NCBI GenBank assembly: GCA_030649345.1
Contig: JAUSKK010000008.1
Span: forward strand, 1 to 32,000
Length of the DNA stretch: 32,000 bases
From: Candidatus Iainarchaeum sp.
GTDB taxonomy: Archaea > Iainarchaeota > Iainarchaeia > Iainarchaeales > 0-14-0-20-34-12
Direction: 5' to 3'
The translations under genes and the position numbers were made by a program. Shown piece by piece: positions 16,664 through 24,380 of this stretch. The number at the start of each line of letters is the position of its first letter. Position 1 is the first letter of the stretch. The notes under the pieces were generated by a model. It did not search any database. It was given only the letters and a program-made list of their open reading frames with translations, and was not told where the DNA came from.

Positions 16664-17047
16664 TTAAAAATTAGGATTTAATTTTTTGGCTGCTTCAGGT
16701 GTAACCAGCCAAACATTTTCTTCTACGAATTCTAAGATTCCTATTTTTTCAAAATGTTCGGCTGTTCGTGCTCCAATAATGTGTTCAATGTTTCCTTTGA
16801 TGACTACTCCATTGGCGTTATTTCCATACATGCTGACTGCGTATTCAAACAATGCTTCTCCGGGTGTTTTTCCTGTGCTTCTAGTAAATTCTCCGGAAAA
16901 TCCTGGCTTAAATCCTTTGATGAATAATTCGCTTTTTTCTTTTTTGTATTGAATAGATAAAGTGGCTAAAGTTTCAGTTCCGTCTTTGACTAAAGTTAAA
17001 TCAATTTGGACTGCTGTGACTCTTTGCGTGTGTACTTCGTAATTCAT
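16664..17047 (-). CDS. Hypothetical protein (weak GNAT-like pattern)
   Basis: 127 aa. GAAGTGA Shine-Dalgarno upstream. The segment FTRSTGKTPGEALFEYAV faintly resembles the GNAT motif A. Not a secure call. Confidence 0.5.
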   Translation of the reverse strand: MNYEVHTQRVTAVQIDLTLVKDGTETLATLSIQYKKEKSELFIKGFKPGFSGEFTRSTGKTPGEALFEYAVSMYGNNANGVVIKGNIEHIIGARTAEHFEKIGILEFVEENVWLVTPEAAKKLNPNF

Positions 17048-17142
17048 TTTTTCACTTCTCGACAGTTTTGTTTTTTTTATTCATTTTTTACTTTTTTTTT
17101 GTTTTTTCTTTTTAACTTGTCTTTCAACTCTAAAGCTCATTT

Positions 17143-17553
17143 TTATTCACCCCTACTTTTTTTTATTTTCTTTTTATCTGCTTTTTCCTTTTTTTTGATC
17201 TGTTTGTATAATTTCATTACTTCTTTCGAATTTTTAACTTTTACGCCTGCAAACACATGCGGATGTCTTCGAACAATCTTTTGGCGTACTTCTTCCATGA
17301 CTTGTTTTACGTCAAATAAGCCTTGTTCTTGGGCTATTTGGCAAATAAATACAATATTCCACAATAAGTCTCCCAATTCTTCTCTAAGCTCTTCTCGGTC
17401 TCCTGTTTTAACTGCATGCATGACTTCTTCAGCTTCTTCTTCTAAGTGTTTGGAAAAACTTTCAATGGTTTGTTCTTGATCCCAAGGACAGCCTTTTTTT
17501 CCGCGCAATCTTTTCATCATTTTAGTTAATTGTTCAAATTTATTTCCAGGCAT
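17143..17553 (-). CDS. mazG: MazG-type nucleoside triphosphate pyrophosphohydrolase
   Basis: 136 aa. CPWDQEQT, EEAEEV, EELGDLLW and RRHPHVF blocks. Lys-rich C-terminal tail. Confidence 0.85.
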   Translation of the reverse strand: MPGNKFEQLTKMMKRLRGKKGCPWDQEQTIESFSKHLEEEAEEVMHAVKTGDREELREELGDLLWNIVFICQIAQEQGLFDVKQVMEEVRQKIVRRHPHVFAGVKVKNSKEVMKLYKQIKKKEKADKKKIKKSRGE

Positions 17554-17557
17554 TTTT

Positions 17558-18460
17558 TCACTTTTCCAATTCTTTAACTGTAATTTTTAAAGCAGTTTTC
17601 ATGTCATATTTTGGTTTCCATCCCAATTGTTTAATTTTAGAAATAGAATATCTTCGATTTCGAATAATTCGTTGAATATTTTCAGAACTTAAAATATTGG
17701 GTTTTCGTGTAAAAACACAAACAATTCCATTCAAGAATCCTAAAATAGTTCCCATCCAAACTGGAATGTGTTTAGTTTTTTTATTAATTTTCAATTCACT
17801 TGCAAGAGTTTCTACAACTTCATTGAGTGTGCTGGCTTTTTCTTCAGCTATGTTAAATGTTTCTCCGGATGTTTCTTCTTCGTGTTCAATGCAAAAAACA
17901 ATGGCATTGACTACATCTTCTGAATAAACTGTTTGCCATGTATTTTCTCCGGAGCCAATTACTGGAAAACCACTTTTTATTTTTCGAATAATCTCTTTCC
18001 AGTATTTATTCGGTCCAATAACAATGGCTGGCCGCAGCATGGTTACGCTAATTTGTTCTTGAAATTCTTCCACTATTTCTTCAGCTTTTGTTTTGCTTTT
18101 TTCGTATTTTGTAACTGGCCGTTTTTCAGATTCTTCGGTTAATTCAGTTTCTGCATTTCCATAAACTCCTACTGAACTTAAATGAATTACGCGTTCTACT
18201 TTGTTTTTGACACTGGCTTCAAAAATATTTTTGGTGCCTTGGACATTAATTTCAAACAGTTTAGAATTATCTTCATCTAAGGTTGCAGCGCAATGCACTA
18301 CAATTTGCATGTCTTTGCAAGCTGGCAAGCAATCTTGTAATTTTGTAATGTCTTTTCCATTGCTTAAATCAAATTCGCGTACATAATGGTTTTTGTTTCG
18401 CAAAACGATAAGCAACTTTTTTCCAATCATTCCATTAGAGCCAGTAACCAGTATCTTCAT
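17558..18460 (-). CDS. NAD-dependent epimerase/dehydratase (SDR family)
   Basis: 300 aa. N-terminal Rossmann motif ILVTGSNGMIGKKL and a YxxxK-type block (YEKSK). Confidence 0.8.
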   Translation of the reverse strand: MKILVTGSNGMIGKKLLIVLRNKNHYVREFDLSNGKDITKLQDCLPACKDMQIVVHCAATLDEDNSKLFEINVQGTKNIFEASVKNKVERVIHLSSVGVYGNAETELTEESEKRPVTKYEKSKTKAEEIVEEFQEQISVTMLRPAIVIGPNKYWKEIIRKIKSGFPVIGSGENTWQTVYSEDVVNAIVFCIEHEEETSGETFNIAEEKASTLNEVVETLASELKINKKTKHIPVWMGTILGFLNGIVCVFTRKPNILSSENIQRIIRNRRYSISKIKQLGWKPKYDMKTALKITVKELEK

Positions 18461-18507
18461 ATTTTATTTTTGAAACTAAGAGTTTATAATCAGCGTGTTG
18501 TTGAAAT

Positions 18508-19296
18508 CTACTTAACAAATCTAACCCGTGCTTTAGGCTTTAATAGTCCGCGTTCTTTTTGTTTTTGCCTTCTAATTTTTTGCCTGTCTGCATATCTTTT
18601 TCGAGTTCGAACCACACCTTCCATTTCTGTTCTATTCCCTAGATCATATTTTCTGTCTTTGGTTGTATACACTACAACTGCTTTTCGATTGTTTTTTCGC
18701 AAAATATTTTGAACTCTAAAAGCATGCACTTGTCCTGTGATTGCAATCGAAGGATCTATTGAACGAATTTTTTTTGCAAAAATCTTTTCTCGAATTGGAT
18801 CATTTAAAATATCACGAAAATTTTCAGCTGATTTTTCTTCCCGGCGGCCTATATGTTCTTGGTTCAGTCGTGCACTTTGAATAACTGTCCGAATTTGAAC
18901 TGCTTCAGATTCAAAAGCATGGATTCGAATGCCTTTGGTTTTAGCTGTTCTATAAATTCCATACCAAAAAATTCCCGCTCGCGTAAATCCTGCTTCAAGT
19001 GCTGGCTGTAATCTTCTAAGTTCTTTTTCTAATTTTGGCTGAGTTCGAATTGTTTGTTCAATAAATTTTCTAGTATATTCTGCTATTTCTGGATTTTGTC
19101 TTAAAGCTCCAACTTCGGTTGGATAAACTCGTTGAAACAAATTTAGTATACTTGGAGAAATCTCTAAAGCAATTCCTTTTTGTGGGTCAATTTTTCCTTG
19201 AGCCCATAATTCATTCAATTTTTTTAAAGCTTCCGCTAAATATTCTTGTGAATGCCATACTCCCATGATTTGAATTTCAGAATTTTGTGCAGGCAT
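18508..19296 (-). CDS. Hypothetical protein, possible Tiki/TraB/ChaN-superfamily fold, polybasic C-tail
   Basis: 262 aa. GVWH near the N-terminus, ALEISP, and a second GxxH (TGQVHA) match the two GxxH plus Glu pattern of that superfamily. Paralogous to the divergent neighbour. Confidence 0.5.
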   Translation of the reverse strand: MPAQNSEIQIMGVWHSQEYLAEALKKLNELWAQGKIDPQKGIALEISPSILNLFQRVYPTEVGALRQNPEIAEYTRKFIEQTIRTQPKLEKELRRLQPALEAGFTRAGIFWYGIYRTAKTKGIRIHAFESEAVQIRTVIQSARLNQEHIGRREEKSAENFRDILNDPIREKIFAKKIRSIDPSIAITGQVHAFRVQNILRKNNRKAVVVYTTKDRKYDLGNRTEMEGVVRTRKRYADRQKIRRQKQKERGLLKPKARVRFVK

Positions 19297-19349
19297 ACGT
19301 TAAGTTCAGTGCTTGTTTATTTAATCTTTTATTGTTTAATTTTATAGCT

Positions 19350-20168
19350 ATGTTGGAAATTGAGATTATTCCATGGGAACATTCCTTTAACAAGCAAGCC
19401 CATGCAGACGTTGTTTCGTATGTTAAATCTTTGCCTAAAAATTCTGTTTTGGCATTGGAAATTAATCCGCAAGAACTAGCTACCACTCAAAAGTATATGG
19501 ATGCATTAACTTCAGTTAGAGGTCAAGCTACTTTGCCTTTGGCAAATACTGTTCAGTTGGCTTTAGCTGAATTGTTGTTGGAGTGCTCAAAAAAGAATAT
19601 TCAAATAGTGCCGATTCGTTCTATTGCTTCTAGTCGTAGTTCTAAACTTAAAGAAACAAAACTAGGTCCACTTGTTCATACTGTTGATTTGTTTCCAGAT
19701 CATGCTTTTGTTCGAGAACTGAAAGCTGCACTGCATAAGTTTAAGCAGAAGCGATTGGTTGTTGTAGTTGGATTCGGTCATGCTGGAATGGTGCAAGGTT
19801 TATTGCAACTTCAAGGTGTGTCTTCTCGAATTCATTTTGAGCATTTTTCCAATCCTGATCTTATGAAAGCTGTAGCAAATGCAGCTTATGTAATTAAGCA
19901 AGCTTTTATTGCAAGAGATCTTTCCGGCGTTCAACATTTTTCAAGAATTTTTAACAATTTGGCTAAGCAATTAAAGCCAAGAGGAAATGACCTTATTTTA
20001 CGTCAGCAATTTTTAAAAACTTTAATTGCAAGATCTCAAGAACAAATGAAACGACAGTTGTCTAGGAAGAAAACTTTGACTGCAAGCGAGCAAAGACTTT
20101 TGCGTGAAAAAAAACAAAGACAAATTCAAAAACAGAAAAAACGTTTGGCTAAACGAAAGCTGCGCTGA
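19350..20168 (+). CDS. Hypothetical protein, paralog of 18508-19296, polybasic C-tail
   Basis: Start taken at MLEIEIIPWEHS (ATG at 19350), with a TATA-like tract about 25 nt upstream. Shared blocks EI.I..W.HS, ALEI.P, VVGFGHAG. C-terminal K/R/Q-rich tail. Confidence 0.5.
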   Translation: MLEIEIIPWEHSFNKQAHADVVSYVKSLPKNSVLALEINPQELATTQKYMDALTSVRGQATLPLANTVQLALAELLLECSKKNIQIVPIRSIASSRSSKLKETKLGPLVHTVDLFPDHAFVRELKAALHKFKQKRLVVVVGFGHAGMVQGLLQLQGVSSRIHFEHFSNPDLMKAVANAAYVIKQAFIARDLSGVQHFSRIFNNLAKQLKPRGNDLILRQQFLKTLIARSQEQMKRQLSRKKTLTASEQRLLREKKQRQIQKQKKRLAKRKLR

Positions 20169-20207
20169 TTCAACTGTTTTTTAATTCTTTTTAGCTAACT
20201 TAAATAT

Positions 20208-21278
20208 ATGCTTGAAATTGATTGTTCGAAAATAAATGAAGCTGGCGGCCAAATTTTGCGCACTTCTTTGGGTTTAAGTGCTCTTTTACGGAAAGAGGTT
20301 AAAATTACTCATATTCGTTCCGGTCGTCCCAATCCAGGTTTACAGCCACAGCATTTGGCAAGTGTGAACACTATTGCCAGTATGTGCAGTGCTGAATTAG
20401 AGCAAGCGAATCCCAATAGTAGTTCTTTGGTGTTTAAGCCTGGAAAAATTATTCCCAGTCAATTAAGCGTCAATATTGGTACTGCAGGTTCTCTTTCTTT
20501 AATGCTTCAACAATTGCTGCCTGTTTCTTTGGTTGAAAAAATTGAATTGCGTGCTCAAGGCGGAACCCATGTTTCTTTTTCTCCTTCTATGCATTTTATG
20601 CAAGAAGTTTTATTTCCTCAATTGAAACGAATGGGTCTGCATTTGGATTTAGATTTATTGCAGTTTGGTTTTTTTCCAAAAGGTAATGGACGAATTTTTT
20701 TTACCAGTGAAAAACCTAAGTTGCCTTTGAAGGCTTTAAAGCTTTCCAGTTTAGGAAAACTTTCGTACATTAAATGTTATTCAATTTGTTCGGGTTTGCC
20801 TAGAGAAATTGCTTTTGTTCAAGCCAATAGTGCTTTGAAGTCTTTGCAGAAAAAAATTCCCGACAATGATTTTGAGTTTGTAGAACAAGTGAACGCAACT
20901 CCTACACGCAAAGACACAATTGGAACTGCTTTAGATTTGTTTGCATATTTTGATTCTGGTTTAGTTTTAGCTGGCAATGCTTTGGGTGAAAAAGGAAAGC
21001 CTGCAGAACAAGTAGGCCAAGAAGCCGCAGACAATTTGTTAACTCAATTGGAAGCCCAAAAATCCTGCGATCTCCATTTAGCGGATCAAATTATTCCATT
21101 TTGTGCTTTAGCAAAAGGCGAATCAGAATTACGTGTTTCAAAAATTACGCAACATTGTTTAACCAATATTGAGATTGTGAAATTGTTTTTACCAGAAGCT
21201 GAAATGAGTGTTCACGGAAACTTAAATGAGCCTGGAATAATTAAAATTAAAGGAATTGCTTTTACTGGTTTGCCTTAA
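20208..21278 (+). CDS. rtcA: RNA 3'-terminal phosphate cyclase
   Basis: 356 aa. GGGQILRTSLGLSALL N-terminal block and PGLQPQHL, with typical RtcA length. Confidence 0.85.
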   Translation: MLEIDCSKINEAGGQILRTSLGLSALLRKEVKITHIRSGRPNPGLQPQHLASVNTIASMCSAELEQANPNSSSLVFKPGKIIPSQLSVNIGTAGSLSLMLQQLLPVSLVEKIELRAQGGTHVSFSPSMHFMQEVLFPQLKRMGLHLDLDLLQFGFFPKGNGRIFFTSEKPKLPLKALKLSSLGKLSYIKCYSICSGLPREIAFVQANSALKSLQKKIPDNDFEFVEQVNATPTRKDTIGTALDLFAYFDSGLVLAGNALGEKGKPAEQVGQEAADNLLTQLEAQKSCDLHLADQIIPFCALAKGESELRVSKITQHCLTNIEIVKLFLPEAEMSVHGNLNEPGIIKIKGIAFTGLP

Positions 21279-22375
21279 TTTTTGCAAGTAATTAAAATAT
21301 CGTTTCCAGATTTTTGCATTTCTGTTATTTTCAAATTAAATTTTCCTGCAATTTTGGGTTGAATAAAATAAGTGCCTGTCTGAAACACTTTTGGGCTAAC
21401 CACGATCATTATTTGATCTGCAATTTTTGCTTTCAATAAACTGGTATTCAAGGTTTGCCCGCCTTCCACTAAAATACTTCCTATGTTTTGTTTTCCGAGT
21501 TTTTTGAATACTTGTTTTAAGTTAAATTTTCCAGACTGGATAGGCAATTCCAGGAACTGAATTTTTTCTTTGAGTCTTTTTTCCAGTTTTCTTTTTTTAA
21601 TTTTATTTATTGAATCCAATTTGTTTCCAGTTACAATAATGATTTTTCCTTTTTGGTTTAATACTTTTGCAGTCACAGGAATTTCCAAAAATGGGTCTAA
21701 AATAATGCGTACTGGATTTCTTCCATTTTTGATTCTACAAGTCAGTCTTGGATTATCCTGGATAACTGTTTTGACTCCAACCAAAATTCCGTCTAAAGTA
21801 TTCCGCAATTGATGAACAAATCTTTGTGTTTTTTTCCCATTAATCCAGTGTTCTTTTTGTTCTTTGCTCCAAATCAGTCCATTGGCTGTCATTCCAATTT
21901 TTTGCACAATGTACGGTATTCTTGTTTGAATCCATTTCAAATAAGCTTGGTTTATTTCTATGCATTCTTTTTCTAAAATATTTGTTTGAACTTGAATTCC
22001 AGCTTTTTTAAGCGCTTGAATTCCTTTTCCTTTAACTTTGGGATTCAGGTCTTTCATTCCAATAACTACTTTCCGAATTCCAGAATTTACAATGGCCGGA
22101 ACACTGGGAGGCGTTTTTTTTTCTTTTCCAGAATGAAAACAAGGTTACAAAGAAACATACAGTGTACTTCCTTTTGCTTTGTTTCCAGCTATTTTCAAAG
22201 CATTAATTTCTGCATGATTTTCTCCAAACTTTTCATGAAAACCTTTTCCTACAATTTTCCCATTGTTGACAATTAAACAGCCGACCAATGGATTGGTTTG
22301 TGTTCTGCCTAAACCTTTCAGAGCTAAATTAATAGCTAATTTCATAATTTTTTCGTTTTGGTTCAAGAATGCCAT
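21275..22375 (-). pseudogene. ribD: Fused riboflavin RibD (deaminase + reductase) interrupted by one in-frame TAA
   Basis: ORFs 22145-22393 (deaminase N-part, NHAE motif) and 21275-22057 (reductase) are in the same frame. The only interruption is a TAA at 22145-22147, where RibD proteins have the Glu of L-E-P-C. Reading through gives ...TLYVSL*PCFHSGKEKKTPPSVPAIVNSGIRKVVIGMKDLNP... The second zinc Cys (TPPC) is Ser here. Confidence 0.65.
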
Positions 22376-22541
22376 ATATGTCTCTAAAACCAACCTTAAT
22401 TTAGTTTATTCCATTTTAAGGCCTTTTAGTGACCTTTTTAAACCCTGTGTTTTATTATTATTTTAACCAATTGAGCTGATGCTTCGAAAGAAGCAAGCGT
22501 TTTGCTTTGCTCTTGGTTTAAGGAAATTAATTATTAAATAG

Positions 22542-23141
22542 GTGAATTATTTGGCAATTGAAAATGTGCATCCCAGTGACTTGATTTCAGGTCTAGCAAA
22601 TGATTTTGAAAAAAATTTAAAAATGCAAAAACCAAATTTTGCAGACTACGTAAAAACCGGTGTTCATCGAGAACGAGCACCCACTCAAGAAAATTGGTAT
22701 TATTTACGCTTGGGTTCTTTGTTGTATAGAATTTACAAAGACGGCCCAGTTGGAGTTCAAAGTTTACGTTCCTATTACGGCGGCCGGCAAGCACGCGGTG
22801 TCAGACCTCACAGACACAGAAAAGCCAGCGGAAAAGTTATTCGTTTTTGTTTACAAGAATTAGAAAAAGTAGGATTTATTGAAAAGTTTGGAAAAAAAGG
22901 AAGAAAGCTCAGCAAAAAAGGCCAATCTTTTTTGTACCAGAAAGCCAAACAATTAACTGCACAAATGCCTGAAATTTTGGCAGCTAAAGAAGAAGCTAAA
23001 ATTGCCCGTGTTAAAAAATTGGAAACAATTTCAAAACAAGCACCTAAAGAAGATGCTTCTAAACAATTTGCCAGAAAAGGAAAAAAAGACAAAAAAGATG
23101 AAAGTTCTGATTCCGAAAAAGGATCCAAGAACAAAAAATAA
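22542..23141 (+). CDS. rps19e: 30S ribosomal protein S19e with Lys-rich C-terminal extension
   Basis: Conserved S19e blocks (APTQENWYYLRLGSLLYRIY, GGRQARGVRPHRHRKASG, LQELEKVGFIE). The start is ambiguous: GTG at 22542 or TTG at 22551, both downstream of GGTGA. Confidence 0.85.
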   Translation: MNYLAIENVHPSDLISGLANDFEKNLKMQKPNFADYVKTGVHRERAPTQENWYYLRLGSLLYRIYKDGPVGVQSLRSYYGGRQARGVRPHRHRKASGKVIRFCLQELEKVGFIEKFGKKGRKLSKKGQSFLYQKAKQLTAQMPEILAAKEEAKIARVKKLETISKQAPKEDASKQFARKGKKDKKDESSDSEKGSKNKK

Positions 23142-23142
23142 G

Positions 23143-23171
23143 TTATCAGATGTAGTTTAAGGTTCTGATAA
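23143..23171 (+). other. Intercistronic hairpin TTATCAGA / TCTGATAA filling the S19e to PDCD5-like spacer
   Basis: 8-bp inverted repeat with a 13-nt loop. The 3' arm ends 1 nt before the next ATG. Confidence 0.35.
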
Positions 23172-23172
23172 T

Positions 23173-23499
23173 ATGGATGAAAATTTAGATTCATTAAGGC
23201 AGCAGCGCATGCAGCATTTGAAAAAAAATGCAGAAGACAAAAAAAGCCAGCAAGAGCAAGCAATGCAAGCTCAAATGCAAGTGAATGCTTTAATGATTCA
23301 GTATCTAGAGCCGGCAGCCAAAGAACGGTTGAACAATGTAAAATTAATTAATTCAGAATTGTACGGAAAAGTTGTTCAAACTGTTTTGTATTTGGTGAAA
23401 AGCCAAAAATTGAATCGAAAAATAACGGATATTGAATTAAAAAAATTATTAACTTTGGCCACAGGTCAAAAACGAGAAATTAAAATTGTAAGAAAATAA
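23173..23499 (+). CDS. PDCD5/TFAR19-family dsDNA-binding protein
   Basis: 108 aa. Pattern LEPAAKERLNNVKLIN...VVQTVLYLVKSQKL...ITDIELKKLL typical of the family, and the expected position in the conserved archaeal cluster. Confidence 0.75.
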   Translation: MDENLDSLRQQRMQHLKKNAEDKKSQQEQAMQAQMQVNALMIQYLEPAAKERLNNVKLINSELYGKVVQTVLYLVKSQKLNRKITDIELKKLLTLATGQKREIKIVRK

Positions 23500-23580
23500 A
23501 TCAGTAGTGCTGAATGAAATGAAGCACTACGTTCGACCAACCGGAACCCCGGTTGAGAAGTTAAAATTGTAAGAAAATAA
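23474..23580 (+). mobile_element. Stop-codon-adjacent two-hairpin insertion with flanking duplication of the gene end (copy E2)
   Basis: Gene end GAGAAATTAAAATTGTAAGAAAATAA (23474-23499), a 55-nt block (23500-23554), then GAGAAGTTAAAATTGTAAGAAAATAA (23555-23580; 25/26 identical). The block is ATCA, hairpin GTAGTGCT/AGCACTAC with loop GAATGAAATGA, a 7-nt spacer, and hairpin CAACCGG-AACC-CCGGTTG. Confidence 0.55.
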
Positions 23581-23600
23581 AAAAATATTGAGGAATCATA

Positions 23601-23888
23601 ATGGCAAGACATAAAACACAAGAATTCAAACAATTTGCAATTGCAAAACGCAGAAGTGTCGGAAGTACTTTAAGTGCTGCTCCAGTTTGGACTTTTCAGA
23701 AAGCAAATCGCAGATTGTTTTCAAAGACCAGCAAGCGTACTTGGAAACAAATAGGTATTGGGAAGTTATTTGACGAACAACAACATACTAAAGAAACCCA
23801 AGCCATCAAGCATATGAAGCGTTCTTTTTTAGTCAAAAAAAGAGCACGATTAAATAAGAAAATAAAATCAAAAAAGAAAACAAATTAA
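23601..23888 (+). CDS. rpl39e: 50S ribosomal protein L39e with ~40-aa basic C-terminal extension
   Basis: The N-terminal ~55 aa (MARHKTQEFKQFAIAKRR...APVWTFQKANRR...KRTWK) match the L39e pattern. GAGG Shine-Dalgarno upstream. Confidence 0.75.
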   Translation: MARHKTQEFKQFAIAKRRSVGSTLSAAPVWTFQKANRRLFSKTSKRTWKQIGIGKLFDEQQHTKETQAIKHMKRSFLVKKRARLNKKIKSKKKTN

Positions 23889-23906
23889 AATATGGGATGA
23901 CTATTT

Positions 23907-24347
23907 ATGGTTGAAATTCGAGAATTTACAGTGGATTTAAAGAAAAGATACAAACAACCCAAGCCTGGCAGAGCCAATAAAAGTATCAATGCCATTCGCT
24001 TAAAGGTAAGCAAAGCTTTGCATGTTCCTTTAGATACTGTGAAATTATCCAATACTGTAAACGAAGCTATTTGGGAACACGGGCGAACCAAGCCTCCGCA
24101 TAGAATTAAATTAACTTTAAAACAAGACACCGATCGAGTGGACGTATTTTTATTCAGTGAATTTGAAGAAGTTAAAAAATTAGTTTCTGAAGAAAAAAAG
24201 AAAAAAGAATCCAAGAAAACTGAACCTAAAAAAGAAAAAACAGAAAAAGTTGAACCTGAAACAGAAGCAGGTGTTGCTGAAGCAGTAAAACAAAAACAGA
24301 AAAAAGAAATTGAAGAAGCTGCTCAAAGCATGGATCATAAACATTAA
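23907..24347 (+). CDS. rpl31e: 50S ribosomal protein L31e with Lys/Glu-rich C-terminal extension
   Basis: The first ~85 aa carry L31e blocks (REFTVDLKK, RANKSINAIR, NEAIWEHGRTKPPHRIKL). Confidence 0.8.
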   Translation: MVEIREFTVDLKKRYKQPKPGRANKSINAIRLKVSKALHVPLDTVKLSNTVNEAIWEHGRTKPPHRIKLTLKQDTDRVDVFLFSEFEEVKKLVSEEKKKKESKKTEPKKEKTEKVEPETEAGVAEAVKQKQKKEIEEAAQSMDHKH

Positions 24348-24366
24348 TGAATTCTTTTGAATTCAT
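24347..24366 (+). other. Intercistronic hairpin ATGAATTC-TTTT-GAATTCAT after L31e
   Basis: 8-bp perfect inverted repeat beginning at the last base of the TAA stop codon. Confidence 0.35.
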
Positions 24367-24380
24367 AATTAGGTAATCCA

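Noticed and set aside
17048-17142. Another tiny K-rich ORF (MNKKNKTVEK) upstream of 16664-17047
   Set aside because: It has no SD and no paralogous partner, and it lies in an A/T homopolymer-rich promoter region. It is expected by chance in this composition.
17006-17479. 157-aa plus-strand ORF rich in Phe/Ser
   Set aside because: It is antisense to mazG and to a T-rich intergenic tract, a typical shadow ORF of an AT-rich genome. The same reasoning applies to the other antisense track ORFs, for example 928-1176, 3686-3988, 7305-7980, 22808-23263 and 23885-24214.
22145-22147. TAA recoding as a sense codon
   Set aside because: TAA terminates several well-conserved genes in this window at their expected lengths (serS, S19e, L31e, LX). 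A genome-wide reassignment is therefore not supported. A local nonsense mutation, an error or readthrough is more likely.
22467-22516. Hammerhead ribozyme or C/D-box sRNA (CTGATG...GAAA here; CTGAATGAAATGA in E2)
   Set aside because: The hammerhead core needs CUGAUGA, stem II, GAAA with defined spacing, and that does not fit. There are no proper RUGAUGA/CUGA box pairs with guide-length spacers.
23474-23580. Repeat-insert-repeat units as mini-CRISPR arrays or ectopic spacer integrations
   Set aside because: Each locus has only two repeats. The repeats are different at each locus and are simply the local gene end. The inserts are homologous to one another, whereas spacers would be unrelated. 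No cas genes are in the window.
23474-23580. Bulge-helix-bulge intron or gene-60-type translational bypass across the insert
   Set aside because: The two junctions are direct repeats and cannot pair into a BHB. I found no complementary segments placing 3-nt bulges at the boundaries. Both copies end in a stop, so splicing or hopping would yield the same protein and gain nothing.
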